Notes: a model not told the origin generated them from the letters alone. DNA of 64,000 bases from the human T2T-CHM13v2.0 reference genome, Homo sapiens (GCF_009914755.1 NC_060934.1); one strand, 5' to 3'; shown: positions 40,752 to 55,450, counted from the stretch's first letter. Made by a program: numbers and translations.

Positions 40752-41060
40752 GGCTGGGCGCAGTGGCTTACCCCTGTAAGCCCAGCACTTTGGGAAGCCA
40801 AGGCGGGTAGATCACTTGAGGTCGGAGTTTGAGACCAGCCTGACCAACATGGTGAAACCCCATCTCTACTAAAAATACAAAAGTGAGCTGGGCGTGGTGG
40901 CAGGTGCCTGTAGTCCTAGCTACTCAGGAGACTAAGGCAGGAGAATCACTTGAACCCAGGAGGTGGAGGTTGCAGTGAGCCAAGATCATGCCCTTGAACT
41001 CCAGCCTGGGCAACAGAGCGAGATTCCGCCTCAAAAAAAAATTAATAATAAGAAGAAGAA
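40752..41060 (+). mobile_element. AluS
   Basis: Dimeric Alu with a mixed A/TAA/GAA tail. Confidence 0.92.
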
Positions 41061-41559
41061 TTATAATGACCATACTAATCTACCACATAGAAAAAAACCC
41101 ATGACATAAATCATTATCCAGGGTTAATATTGTGTCTTAAGTAATGTGGTTATATATATATATATTTCCCTGTGGCAGCATAGAGAATATGTTAAGAGGA
41201 AAAAGAACTATAGTAGACAGAGAAAAAGAAGCAAAAAGAGAAAAAGCCTCCATAATTAAAGAAACGATTATCAGCCTTTTTCTTTTTCTTCCCAAGTATG
41301 AAAAAATTTTCACAGTAAAAATGGTAAAATTCATTTTTCTATTATAATATTATATAAGAATTTAAGATTTGAGATTAGAGTTTTCTCCAATTGGAAGAAA
41401 ATGGGCTGGAGAATGGATGTTGAGGTCAAAGCATTTGTGCTTCAAGACACAAACTTGGATTCCAGTCCTAGTTCTTCAACAAACATGTGTGACAATCAAT
41501 AAGTCACTTCTCAGGAATGCAGGTTACTTATATGTGTAAAGTAAGTTGGAAAGAAGTAG

Positions 41560-41810
41560 CAGTTTTCAACATGTGCTCTATAAAAGTTGGATTTCTTGGT
41601 CAAATAAGTTTGGTAAATGTTGCATTCCATATCTCCCTGTCTGAAATTCTCACAAGGGCCTAAGCTCATTAAAGCCCCTAAAAGTCTTGTAGTAAAAACA
41701 TCTAGCTATTTTTTTTACCGAGGTTTTACAAGTCTATTTAATCATGTTACTCTTTTAATAACAGCCTTGTAGAACTGCTATTCAATGGACTAAACTTTAG
41801 AAAAACTGGA
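41560..41810. mobile_element. hAT-Charlie MITE (MER112-like)
   Basis: cagttttcaac...gtcaaataagtttggtaaatgttgc...actttagaaaaactg with CAG..CTG termini. Confidence 0.45.
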
Positions 41811-42469
41811 CTAGGGAATAGTTGATTTCTTCCATGTTTACACTCCATTTCATGAACTTTGGTGATAAGGAAAGTACATATTAACTTTATTAGAAAATCT
41901 AATCAATTAACTGTTTTCTTCTGAGTCACCTGGGGGTAATGACTAAGGGAGGGAGAATATTGAGCTATTAATTTCTTCTATATGTCTGTGGCACAAGGGT
42001 CACAGAAAGAAAATTAAATTTGGTTTACTAGAGCAAAGTAAAACCAGGTATTTTTATTGTTTGTTCTGTGATACGAGAATAGTTAGAGAAGACCATAAAT
42101 GCTTGACTGTATCTATATCAGAATAAACAATAATAAACAAGTTCTGAATTTCTAAATCTGTAGTTTATTCTTAATTAAGCTTTTTATTCTTCTTTCATGC
42201 AAATAAAATATAGCTAGCATTTGTAGAAAGGTTGATACATAAAAATACAAAAGTAGTTTTTCAGAGAATTGTTGTCACTTATTGGAGCTAGGAAGCACAT
42301 TTGTTAGAGTAAAATAGGAAACTTTTTTACTTTTACTTGAATAAATCATTCTGTAGGTTTTTCAGTATAATTGGCCCTATGACTTGCCTCAAAGATTATG
42401 GTGAATGAAATTATCCATTCATTGATGGTCATGTTTTGAATATGAGCTTTTATACCCACGGATAAAATA

Positions 42470-43085
42470 AATCACCCAAGGAATGACCATTCTCCCTGCA
42501 GGACTGCAATCCAGTCTTCATTGGACAGAATACGGCTACGGCTCCCTGGGTGGTGGAGAAGTTGCTGAGGTGCTGTGCTGGCAGAACTTGCTAGAAATCT
42601 GCCCTCTGGAGTGCTGGGGGATGTGGTTCACAGAAATGTCCCCTACCTCTGGAATCACATGCATGCTAACTGAGGGGGTCTGGGGAAAGAGTTATAGGGG
42701 GAAGTAGTTTACTAGAGGCACTTCCTAAAAAGCTATCTGAAGGGTGCCAGAGGAAACTGCTGGTTATTGGGTACTGATAACCAATGTACCCTGTGGGAGC
42801 CAAGCACTGAAGAAGCTGTTCCTTGCAGGAGCAAGACTCTGGGATAACATATGCAAAAGAAAGTTGGTGCTGGAAAAATATTTGCTGCAGGAGCCTGGTA
42901 AGGGAGCACTAGAATGAAGAGAAGAAAAGCCCTTTCTCCTGCAGTGTCTCTCCAGTGCCCTGTAATGACCAAGCTTAACATCATGCCAGCTGGCAAATGA
43001 TCTAAAGAGTCCGACTCTATCTTTACAGCAGGAAATGAAGGATGAATTTGGAACTGAAAGGCAATAAATTGATAACGGGCGCACA
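42470..43085 (-). mobile_element. ERVL LTR (LTR33-like)
   Basis: Minus strand begins tgtgcgcccgttatcaatttattgcctttcagttccaaattc and contains gccagctggcatgatgttaagct. Confidence 0.55.
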
Positions 43086-43167
43086 TACTCATTAGAATTT
43101 TGGCAGGCATAGTTCCTGAATTAAGAGTGTGTATATATGTTTGCATAATTTAAGCTTTATTTTAAAA

Positions 43168-43771
43168 TTTATAGGCAGAATTCTGTAATAGCCCCCAAGG
43201 TTCCTATTCCCTGAGTACACACTTTATAGAGTCTCCTCCTGTTGAGAGCAGTGAGAACCTGAAAATATGATTGGATCACACTCTTGTGACTCTTGGGATT
43301 ATGTTACACATCTTTTGACTTTGAGATGTTTATCAAAAGGGAGATCATCTTGGGTAGGACTAACTTGATCAGGTAGCTGAGTCCTTTGCGCAAAAAAGCA
43401 AGACATCAGAGAGCTGCTGTTCAGTTGTTCTAGAAGTTGTCACAGCTCTGTTGCGATGGGACCCATGGAGGAGGTCATCTGGCAGAGTGGTCTCTAGAAG
43501 CTGAGACAGATCCCCACCCAAAAACTACCAAAAAATGGGAACTTCAATCATACGCCCTCAAGGAAATTAATTCTGACAATAACCTGTGAGCTTAGAAGAG
43601 GACTCCAAGCTCAGATGAGATTGCAGTTCCTGCCATCATCTTGATTGTAACTTTATGAGTCCCTGAGCAAAGAATCCAGGCATGCTGTGCCTGGACTTAC
43701 ACCTGCAGAAAATGTGAGATAATATATCAGTGCTGTTTTTAACTGTGAAGTTTGTGGTAATTTGTTATAAA
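43168..43771 (+). mobile_element. MaLR solo LTR (MLT1E-like)
   Basis: taggcagaattct...aattctgacaataacctg...gtttgtggtaatttgttat...aaacaaatata. Confidence 0.7.
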
Positions 43772-46420
43772 GCAAAAGTAAAACAAATATAAATAGTATT
43801 TTTCTTGCTTTCTCCCTACTGCTCATCTACAAGAAGCATTCCTTGCTATTTCTGCGCTCCTATCTAAGGTCAAATGTTTTTCATTGTCTCTCAACTAATT
43901 TCTTATGGCAAATAATTAAAATGTTGCCTAATAAATTTTAAAAATGATAAAACACTTCCCAGAACTAATAGCTACTTGTAAAATATGTCAGTGGTAGAGC
44001 TTTGCTAGAGCGTTCCTGATAATGAAATAATAAAAGCTAGCATTTATTGGTAACACACATGGCGTGTGAGACAAATACTTTACCAGGAATTATATATTAG
44101 TCATTTTGAATTCTTCCAGTGGATTCTATGAGTTAGACTGCATTTTCATCCTGAAGTTTTACAACATTAAACGGCTTGCCCAAAATACAACAAAGAGTGA
44201 TTGATTAAGGTATCATATCCAGGATTGCCAGTGTGAATCCCAAATTAATTGCACAATACAAAACTGCCTCAAACTGAAGTGACTGCGGTTTGGATTGACT
44301 GATAATAACCAATTCTGATTCTAGCACTAATGTTTACAAAATTTTTTTTGCAGACATTTTACAATAATGCTATGTTTGGAGCCACATGGTAGGAACATAT
44401 AATGTTAAAAACATGATTCGAAAAAAATATTTTAGTAACTATGGCAGGTACTACTAGTTATCTAGAACATTCATTCTTTCTTCCTCCTAGTTAGATGGAT
44501 TTGTCTGAGGACGTGATCCCCCATCTACTCTCTACATTTCCTTAATGATGCTACTAGTAAAATTAAAGCCAAGCAATTAAACCCTACCTAATGATATGTC
44601 AGCAGAAGTGATGCAAATGAATTCATAATCACATTCTTAAAAAAAAGCAACTTGTAACTTTCCATCAACTCTCTCTCTCTTTTTAACTACTTCAGGTAAT
44701 TAAATGTATGGACATAATGGTGGGTGAGGGCCAATTTTTCCAGAATTAACTTTAAGATGTTTTCCCCTATTTCCTTCAAGATCCAGTGCATGATATTTAT
44801 TAGGTATAGCCTGAGACAAGAACAAATTACAAAACTAAACAGATGGAGCATATTCTATTCAGTGCATTGTGGAGTTATGGGAAAGTTAGACATTGAGAGA
44901 CCTGGGCAGTCAAATGGATGCATCCTGAAGGAGAATGGGAATTTAAAATGTGTGTGTTTTCTACTCTTCTATCATAAAAATAAGTATTTTAAAGTTTTTC
45001 CACCAACAGTAAAGCAGGACTAATACATGAACTTTGTACTGTTCATAAATGTAATTATCTGAAAAAACATAGGCAACAGTTTCTTGATATTTTTATTTTT
45101 TATATGAAACAGGAATTTTACAAAAAGGGATAATAACCATTTGCTATGTGGTAAGGTTTGGGGGTGAAGGACAAAATATTTTGAAACTCTGTGAAAGGTA
45201 AGGGAATCAGAGCAGAGCTTCCCACAGCAGAGTTAGGGGCACAGTCTCTGCTTCATTGTGCTAGAATTACACAATCTTTCAAGACTCCAGAGTCTGCTCT
45301 GTCTTCCTTCTGTTCAGTGAGACAGCCCTTCCTTCCCAGCATTCACTGCTCACTTTAGATGAGTAAAAGTAGATCAAAGCAAGAGAGAGAATAAAAAGTT
45401 TGTCACAAAATGATTTTAGAGCCAGTTGTATCTGGGTCAGAATCACATATGGGGAGCCCAGAAAGAAGATTGTTAGACCATGTATAAGGCCAACTAGTAT
45501 GTATTTTATATATTCTTAAAATTTAACATGCATTAACCTTCCTCTCATGGGTTCCTTTTAACCTTAGTAATGAAAAAATGTGTGAAATTATGAAGACAAA
45601 ATTATATGACACAAGAAGCCTTAGAGCTTATATAATCCTGCCCTCCCATTTGACTTTTATTTTATAGATGAGAGAACTGAATCCCAGGAAGGTTAAGTGG
45701 CTTAACCTTAATTCACACAAATATTTATTTATATAGCAAGATCCAATATTAAGAACAAAAGCAGTTTTTTTCCTGCTTCTTCACCCAATATATGGTCTTT
45801 GATTCATTGGACAGATAATAAACTTTAATGAACGTTATTTTTATAATATTATCTTTTAAATGTCATTTTCAATACCACGGCATTTCCAGGTATTGTTAAC
45901 AAAAGGAAAAAAGTGGTAGTTAGAAACATAACACATCATTTATCATATTCCCCTAGCTCCACACGTTTTGGCAGTTAACATTTCTGTATTTGTGTTCTTA
46001 GCTATCCTTACACGTTTTGAGGGATAAATCTTAAAACCCTCATATAAAGAATTAGAAAGAGCGACTATGTGAACAAAAATAAAACCAGGAAATATGACTT
46101 TTTCTTTTACGTATAGAAGATCATATGAGACTCTTCTGTGACATGTATTCATAAAAGTTGTACATTCTCTGCAATGGAGTTACCTTTGGGCTTTGTCAAA
46201 TCTTGTTGCATAACAGTCATATATGGAAGGGGTGGATTACAAGGATATAAAAGATTAGTCAGAATGTTATTAATCTACTCCTGGGTGAATTATTTCATGC
46301 AGCATAGCTATCAATAAATCCAGAAGTCTTCAGATAAGTTTTAAATGGGCTCTACTGTGCAAAGGAGTGGGGTAAGCACACACAGAAGTCAGTTGCCTTA
46401 ATGCTATCATATTTAAACAG

Positions 46421-46511
46421 GCTTCAGTGCTCAACATGCCAACATGCTTGGAAATTCTTCAATACCATGACCTCTAAAAGCCCAGCTAATTTAGTGAAAA
46501 GAGAAACAAGG
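46421..46511 (+). other. Candidate internal exon (91 nt) of an unidentified transcript
   Basis: Branch-like ccttaat, acceptor atttaaacag|G and perfect donor AGG|gtaagt. Confidence 0.45.
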
Positions 46512-46695
46512 GTAAGTTATTTTTGAGAGAGTTTACTACCTCCTTTGCTTGTTAGTTGCTTGTTCAATTCCCACCTACTCACCATTGTGGACTGAATGTA
46601 TCCCCTCAAAATTTGTATGTTGAAGACCTAATCTCCAATATAATAGTATTTAGAGACGGGACCTATGGGAGGTTAGATGAGGGTGGAGCCCTTAT

Positions 46696-47279
46696 TGAAA
46701 CCATCCCTCTAAACTTTATAAAATTAATCAGAGAAGGGAGGGGACAAAATGAAAATAAACCAAGCCTGAGCATATGTAGCATTAATCATTACATCAACTT
46801 TCTCTCTGACCTGCTTTCTCATAGTGTTTGCCTGTTGTCTTAGAATCATATAGACCATAGATTATAGTTCTCCTTAACTGCTCTATTGATGAAAACTTGA
46901 ACATTATAAAATGTTAATTTTTCCCGTTGAAATATTCTTTTAGGTCCTGCATACCAATGAAACTGCTGACATCAGCTGATCTGAATGACCCAACAAAAAG
47001 CTTACATACACAAAGAATGCAGTTTTCACATCCTAATCATTTCATTCTCCTTACCCTGACCAATCAATGATCCCAATTTGCCAGTCCCATCCCCTCCACA
47101 ATTTTCTTAAAAACCCCAGATCAGTATATTCCTTGGGGAGATGGATTTTGGTGTTTTCTGCCATCTCCTTGCTTGGCTGTCCTGTGATCTTTAAACACTT
47201 TTTCTGCTGCAACCCTGCTGTCTCAGTGTACGGATATGTTACTGTGCAGAGGGCATATGAAGCTGTTGGTCCTATAATA
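46696..47279 (+). mobile_element. ERV1 solo LTR (LTR26-like)
   Basis: TGAAACCATCCC...GGTCCTATAATA with 4-bp TSD TTAT (46692-46695, 47280-47283). Confidence 0.8.
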
Positions 47280-47318
47280 TTATGATGGCATTAGTGGCCT
47301 TATAAGAATTAGAAGAGA

Positions 47319-47486
47319 AGCCAGGCACATTCGCACGCACCTGTAGTCCCAGCTACTCAGGAGGCTGAGGCAGGAGGATTGCTTGAGCCCAGGAGTTTAA
47401 GGCTGCAGTGTGCTTTGATCATTTCTTTGAGTAGCCACTGTACTCTAGCCTGAGCAACATAGCAAGATCCCATCTCTATCAAAGCA
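47319..47486 (+). mobile_element. FAM (fossil Alu monomer)
   Basis: Monomer with FAM-type gcagtgtgctttgatc...gagtagccactg...cctgagcaacatagc; TSD (a/g)gaatt(a/g)gaagaga. Confidence 0.75.
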
Positions 47487-50369
47487 GGAATTGGAAGAGA
47501 GAGAGAGATATAAATTTTTTCTCTGCCTATGCACACTCATAGGAAAAGTCATGTGAGGACATAGCAAGAAGGCAGCTACCTGAAATCAAGGAAGAGAGTG
47601 CTCACAAGAATCCAATCATGCTGGCAGCCTGATCTTGACACTGTAGACTCAAGAACAGTAAAGAAAATAAATATTTCTGTTATTGAAGCCACTTGGTTTA
47701 TGGTGTTTTATTATGGCAGCCCAAGCTGACTAAGACATTCACTATAAAAGGACAATTATGTATTGGACAGTATCATTAATATAGATGTATAAGGAAGAAT
47801 TGGGCAATGAATACATTAATGACAGGACATAAGAATGATGATGAGACATTTGAATAAGAAAGATAATATTACTTGCAGGACAGAAGAAAAAAACAGAGCC
47901 AGAAAGAAACGTGAAACATAGGTGAGAATGAACCTCTTCTTGGTGATAAAAATGGGTAATATAAATAATTTGAAGAGGTGTTTATATCTATTTAGATGAT
48001 ATTGAAAGTGACAGAGATACTGATGGATGTTTTGCTGTGCATAAAGAATATATGTGTCTTCTTTTGAGAACTGTAAGTAGTATTTTAAAATTCAATAAAT
48101 TTAATGAAACAACCATGATGCAAAGATTGAGCCAAGTGGAATCCCTATTATATTTGGGTTGTAATATGCTTTCATTTAACTCTTGAAATAATGTTATGAA
48201 ATGTATTTAGTCATTGTATTTTTTTGTTAAGAAAATTAGACCTCAGGGAGATTAGGCAGATTTTCAAGATTCCATAGCTTATAAGAAGTGGAATAGAGAT
48301 TATAACCCATGTCTAACTAATTTCGAAGTCGATAGTCTTCATTACATTACACTACACAGAAAATTTTCAACATGGAAAGAAACTGAAATATATGAAGACA
48401 GCCTAATGAGATTACAAAGACAGCCTAATGAAATTACAAAGGCAATTGCAAAGGATAGTCATCCTTTCTCATATATTCAGTACTACTGTGGGTCAGCTTT
48501 TTCTTTTACTGAGATGATGAACTTGGAGTCTGTCCAGATTGTAAGAGAACTTAAAGCTCACTAAGTTTATCTATTATCTGAACTTTACATTGTCATGGAC
48601 TGAAACTAACAGTGCAGATAGAAGGTATGGTATCATTGTTGTGGTGTATTAAAAGTAGACCAGATAGAGAATGAAAGAGCCTAAAATCTGGTATTATTAC
48701 AGTTTGTACGTATAACATTTAAATGGTATTTAGCTTTTGTAAGCCTCAATTTCCTAGGGCATTCAAATCAGTTTTCTCTAATATTTCATTATGTTCTCAT
48801 TATTTCATTGCTTCTGTAATTCTAAAGTGGAAACTGATTTTTGTGGCACATATACACCCTTAATATTTTGATATTTATCTATCAGTCTAATATTTATATT
48901 AGATCTGAAATTATCAAGTTGCATAAGTGAAAGCCCTATCAGTAATGATGCCTGGGCCCAAAACATTTAAAAATGGATCTGGAGGCAGCTTCAGTTAATG
49001 TTAAAGTGAGGTAGTTAGGATAATCTCTTCTCAGTAGATAGTAATATGGAATAAAAACAAAACATATGTGTGTATATAACCTAAATATTATAGATATGTT
49101 TATATATGTATATGCACATGTGTTCGTGTTTTATTATTATTTTTAAAAACAGTGTAAAGTAACCAAAACCAGGGAGAAATTGGAGATAAGTTTACCCTTG
49201 AAAGACTCAATTGAAACAGATCAAAACTGAGATCTTTTGGCTTTCTTTCCAGAGGTTGATCTCCAATCACCTCAGCTAAGGCAATAGAAAATTACATCCT
49301 TTGGAGCTGGAGGTGGCACAGTGCAGAGTTGAGGGCTGGCAGGATAAATGACAATTTAGGGGAAATTTCAGGAAGTGAGAGACCCACAAATGAGGTGAGA
49401 ACTAAAATATGAGTATAATCTCTGCCCATATCCCCTGACTTCCCCTAAAACTTTCTATGTAGATGGGAATCCAAAGCCTGGTGAACAAAAGGGACACAAT
49501 TCAGAGAGGAATCTACCCTTGAAAGACAGAACTCGCAAGTGCACTGCCTGAGTGACAGTGCAAGGCTCAACCATATATACCTCGGGTGACAGAAAGCTGA
49601 AGACTTAGTGGCCTGACATGGCAGAAGACAGAGTTCAGGACTACCAGAGCAGTTAGAAATTTAGTGGAGATTCCAGTAACAAAGGAATTACACAGCAAGT
49701 AAGCTCCTACATCTGTATATAAACTTTCCTCAAATCTTTGACTGATCCACACAGGTTCAAGCAAATTCTAACATGTATAAGGAAGTATAAAGGGCCTAGA
49801 ATAGAAAATGAAATTTTGAAAAAGTAATAAAGTTGTAGCACTTATGCTACTGATTTTATGACTTATTCTTGAGTAAGAAAGACAGTGTACTAATGGCATA
49901 AATATAGACATATTATCAATAGAACAGAAAGGAGAGTCTGGAAATATGTGGTCAATTAACTTTGACAAAGGCTTGAAGGTAAACAATAGAGAAACAACTG
50001 TCTTTTCAACAGATAGTATTAAAACAATTATATTTCCATTTAGAAAAATAGATCTTTACCTGTACCTCACACCATGCACAAATATTAACTTAAAATGGAT
50101 CATAGCTTTAAATGTAAAAGCTATGACAATAAAACAGAGAAAATGTTTGCCACTTTGGGGTAAGACAAAATTTTAAGGGCATAAAAAGCACAAATAATGA
50201 GAGAAATAAGTTGAATTCCATACAAATTGAAAAGGTAAGCCACACATTGAGATAAAATATTTAAAATACATATGTCTGACTAAATAATGCAAAATACCTA
50301 TAAAATTTAAGATAACAAACCACCCCATTGGAAAGATGGACAAATGATTTGAACACTATAGAAGAACAA

Positions 50370-50663
50370 GGCAGGATGCAGTGGCTCACATCCCAGAGGA
50401 CTGGGAGGCTAAGAAGGGAGGATCGCTTGAGGCCAGGTGTTTAGGAACAGCCTAGGCAACATAATGAGATCCCATCTCTACAAAAAATGTTAAAAATAAT
50501 TAACAGGTGTGGAGGCTGGTGCCTGTGGTCCTAGCTACTTGGGAGGCTGAGGTGGGAGGATCACTAGAGCCCAGGGATTAGAGGTTACAGTGTACTATGA
50601 TAGTGCCACTGCACTCCAGCCTGGGTAACAGAGAGAGACTCTGGCTCAAATGAAAGAAAAAAA
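50370..50663 (+). mobile_element. AluJ
   Basis: Diverged dimeric Alu inside L1M. Confidence 0.88.
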
Positions 50664-51081
50664 GACCACATATTTTTATGGCAAAAAATCACATGGAAAC
50701 ATTATTAGTCATCAGGAAGATTTTAAATAAAATCACAATGAAATATGACTGTGTACCGACTTGAATGGCTAAAATTGAAAAGCCTGACCGTATCAAGTAT
50801 CAACCAGAATATAAAGCCACTGGAATGTTCAGACATTTCTGGTAAGAATGTAAACTGCTACACTTTGAAAACAAGTTGGGTGGTATCTCATAAAGTTAAA
50901 CACGCACTAACTGTAAGATCTAGTGGTTACACTTCTAGTTATGTATGGAGAAAAATCAAAACTTATGTCACAAAAAGACTTGTACAGGAGTACTCTGAGC
51001 AGCTTTATTCACATTAGACCAAAACTGGAAATTCAAATATCCAATCAAATATCCAACAGGTGAGTAAATAAAGACAAACTA

Positions 51082-51115
51082 GTGTGTGTGTGTGTGTATA
51101 CATATATATATATAT
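51082..51115. repeat. (TG)n(TA)n microsatellite
   Basis: Directly visible. Confidence 0.9.
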
Positions 51116-53854
51116 GCAATATAATGCCATTGAGGAATAGAAATAGATACACTACCAATGTCTTCAACAACATGAATTAATCTCTGAGATATTATGTTGA
51201 ATTAAAAATCCAGATATTGCCTGGTATCTTGATGTAATATTCTGAAAAAGACAAGCAAACACATAATGATAGTGAAGTGCTCAGAGGATACCTAGGGGGA
51301 GAAGGAGGTAGAAATTTATTGCAAAGGGGCAGAAGAGGGACTTCTGGATTTACAGAACTATTCTCTAACTTGAGTTTGGTCATGGTTGCCTGAGTGTATA
51401 TATTTGCTAAAACTTATTAAACTAAACAATATGTGCATTTTATTATATACAATGTATATCTCAATAAAGTTGATTAAAAAGATAGATGATTAAATGCAAA
51501 CTATAAAAGAAGACGAAATATAAATTTTATTTTATTATAACTATTACCATTATTATTTTACTATCCTAAGCTTTTTTTCTTGGCAAGAAATACCTGGTAA
51601 GATTGTATTTTTTTGTTTTATTTGTTGCTTTTAGGTAATGGTAAGATTTGATGTACATTTAAAAAGCACATTGAATATATCAAATTACAAAATAAACCTT
51701 TTTTTCAACTTTTACTTTAGATTCAGTGGGTACACAGGAAGATTTGTTATCTGGGTATACAGCATGATGCAAAGATTTGAGGTATGATCCCATCATCCAG
51801 TTACTGAGGGTAGTATCCAGCAGTTAGTTTTTTCAGTCTTTGCTCCTATCCCTCCCTTTCCCCTCTACTAGTCCGCAGTTTCTATTGTTCCCATCTGTAT
51901 GACGCTGAGTACCTAATGTTTAGCTCTCACTTATAAGTGAGAACATGTGGTATTTGGGTTTCTGTTCCTGCATTAATTTACTTAGGATAATGACCTCCAA
52001 CTGCATCCATGTTGCTGCAAAGGACATAATTTCATTCTATTTTATGGCTGCATAGTAGTCTATGGTGTATATGTACCACATTTTCTTTATCTAGTCCACC
52101 ATTGATGGGCACCTGAATTGATTCCATGTGTTCGCTACTGTGAATAGTGCTGCATTGAGCATGTGAGTGCATGTGTCTTTTCAATAGAACAATTTATTTT
52201 CTTTTGGATATATACCCAGTAATAGGATTATTGGGTAAATGATAGTTCTAAGTTCTTTGAGAAAGAACATAAAAAACTTAAGCTTTTCACAGTAACTGAA
52301 CTGATTTATATTCCTATCAGTAGTGTATAAGCACTCCCTTTTCTCTGCTACCTAACTACCATCTGTTATTTTTTGACTTTTTAGCAATAACCATTCTGAC
52401 TCGTGTGAGATGGTTTCTTATTGTGGTTTTGATTTGCAGTTCTCTGATAATGAGGGATGTTGAGCGTTTTTTCATAAGCTTGTTGGCTGCTTCTATGTCT
52501 TCTTTTGAGAACTATCTGTTCATGTCTTTTGCCTATTTTTAATGGAATTATACATTTTTTGCTTGTTAAATTCCTTATATATTCTGGATATTAGACATTT
52601 GTCAGATACATAGTTTGCAAATATTGTCTCCTATTTTGTAGGTTGCCTGATTACTCTCTTGATAGTTTCTTTTGTTGTGCAGAAGTTCTTTAGTTTAATT
52701 AGATCCCACTTGTCAATTTTTGTTTTTGTTGCAATTGCTTTTGAGTACTTAGCCAAAATTTCTTTGCCAAGGCTGATGTCCAGAATGGTGTTTCCTAGAT
52801 TTTCTTCTAGAATTCTTATCCATTTAGGTCTTATATTTAAATCTTTAGTCCATCTTGAGTTAATATTTGTACATAATGACAGAGAAGAGTCCAGTTTTTT
52901 CTTCTGCATATGCCTGGCCCACTATTCCAGCACCGTTTTTGAATAAATATTTCTTTCCCCATTCCTTACTTTTGTTGACTTTGTTGAAGATCAGATGGCT
53001 GGAGGAATGTGGCTTTATTTCTGGTTTCTCTATTCAGTTTCATTGGTCTTGTTCTTGTACCAGTACCATGCTGTTTTGGTTACTGTGGCCTTATAGTGTA
53101 GTTTGAAGTCAGGTAATTTGATGCCTCCAGCTTTGTTCTTTTTGCTTAGGATTGCTTTGGTTATTCAGGCTCTTCTTTGGTTCCATATGAATTTTAGAAT
53201 AGTTTTTTTCTAGTTCTGGGAAAATGACATTGATAATTTGATAGGAATACTGTTGAATCTGTAGATGGCTTTGGGAAGTATGGCCATTTTAACATATTGA
53301 TTTTTCCAATTCATAAGCATGGACCATTTTTTCACTTGTTTGTGTCATTTATAATTTATTTCAAGAGTGTTTTATAGTTTTCCTTGTAGTGATCTTTCAC
53401 CTCCTTGGTTATAAATGGGATTGCATTCTTGATATGGCTGTAAGCTTGAATGTTATTAGTGTATAGAAATGACACTGGTATTTGTACACTGATTTTGTAT
53501 CCCAAAACTTTACTGAAGTCATTTATCAGTTCTGGGAGTCTTTGGCAGTCTTTAAAAGGGTTTTCAAGGTACAGAAACATATTATCTACATAGAAAGATA
53601 GTTTGACTTCTTCTTTTTCTATTTGGATGCATTTTATTTCTTTCTCTTGCCTGATTGCCGGGCTAGCACTTCCAGTACTATGTTGAATAGGAGTGGTGAG
53701 AGTGGTCATCCGTGTCTAGTTCTTGTCCCTGTTCCAGTTCTTAAGGGAATGCTTCAGGCTTTTGTCCATTCAGTATGATGTTGGCCTTGGGGTTGCCATA
53801 GGTGACTCTTATTTTTGTGAGCTATGTTCCTCTGATGCCTACTTTCTTGAGGAC

Positions 53855-54159
53855 TTTTTTTTTCTTTTTTTTGGAGATGGAGTCTCCCTCTGTAGCCCAG
53901 GCTGGAGTGCAGGGGCATGATCTCAACTCACTGAAACCTCCACCTTCCGGGTCCCAGTTCAAGCAATTCTCCTGCCTCAGCCTCCTGAGTAGCCAGGAAT
54001 ACAGGCACCCACCACGATGCCCAGCTAATTTTTGTATTTTTAGTAGAGACAGGGTTTCACCATGTTGGCCAGGCTGGTCTTGAACTCCTGACCTCGTGAT
54101 CTGCCTGCTTCGGCCTCCCAAAATGTTGGGATTACAGGCTTGAGCCACCGTGCCCAGGC
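53855..54159 (-). mobile_element. AluS inside L1
   Basis: Reverse dimeric Alu interrupting L1 ORF2. Confidence 0.92.
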
Positions 54160-54911
54160 TCTTCGGGATTTTTATCATGAAAGGATGTTTAATTTCATTG
54201 AAAGCTTTTTCATTAAAAGCTTTATTTCAATAAGCTTTTTAATTCAAAAAGCTTTTTTTTTTTCAGTAAAAGCTTCTAATAAGATGATCACATGGCTCTT
54301 GTTTTTAATTCTGTTTATGTGGTGAATCATGTTTATTTATGTGTGTATGTTGAACCAACCTTATATCCAAGGAATGAAGCCTGCTTGCTCACGATGAACT
54401 AGCTTTTTGATATGCTGTTGGATTCAGTTTGCTAGTATTTTGTTGAGGATTTTTGCTTCTATGTTTATCAGGGGTGTTGGCCTGTAGTTTTTTTTCACTG
54501 TGTCTTTGCCAGGTTTTCGTATCAGGATGTTGCTGGCTTTGTAGAATGAGTTAGGGAGGAGTCCCTCCTCGTCAATTCTTTTTGGAATATTTCGGTAGTA
54601 TTGGTACCAGCTCTTCTTTGCACATCTGGTAAAATTTGGCTGTGAATCCCTCTTGTCCAGGGCTTTTTTAAATAGGAAGTTTTTAAAATTACTGCTTCAA
54701 CCTCAAAACTCGTATTGGTCTGTTCAAGGTTTTGGTCTGTTTAGGGTTTTAATTTATTCCTGATTCAATCTTTGAAGATTGTGTGTTTCCAGAAATTTAT
54801 CTGTTTCCTGTAGAATTTCTAGTTCTTGTACATAGAAGTGTTCATAATAGTCTCTGAGGAGCTTTTGTATTTCTGTAGGATTGTTTGCGATGTCATCTTT
54901 TTCACTTCTGA

Positions 54912-55450
<539 letters not shown>

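Larger units (their letters stand above)
46582..47737 (+). mobile_element. MaLR LTR (MLT1A-like) hosting two nested insertions
   Basis: tgtggactgaatg...gggtggagcccttat | gatggcattagtggccttataaga...ccaagctgactaagaca. Confidence 0.8.
48975..51480 (+). mobile_element. Old L1M fragments (5' region, ORF2 3' part, 3'UTR)
   Basis: Peptide DLYLYLTPCTNINLKWI; 3' end atatctcaataaagttgattaaaaa. Confidence 0.7.

Noticed and set aside
42483-43146. Cluster of ORFs up to 137 aa
   Set aside because: They lie within an ERVL-type LTR and show no protein-family motif.
54198-54277. CRISPR-like palindromic repeat-spacer pattern
   Set aside because: Repeats are only 6-9 bp with spacers of about 10 bp, inside a primate L1, with no cas genes.
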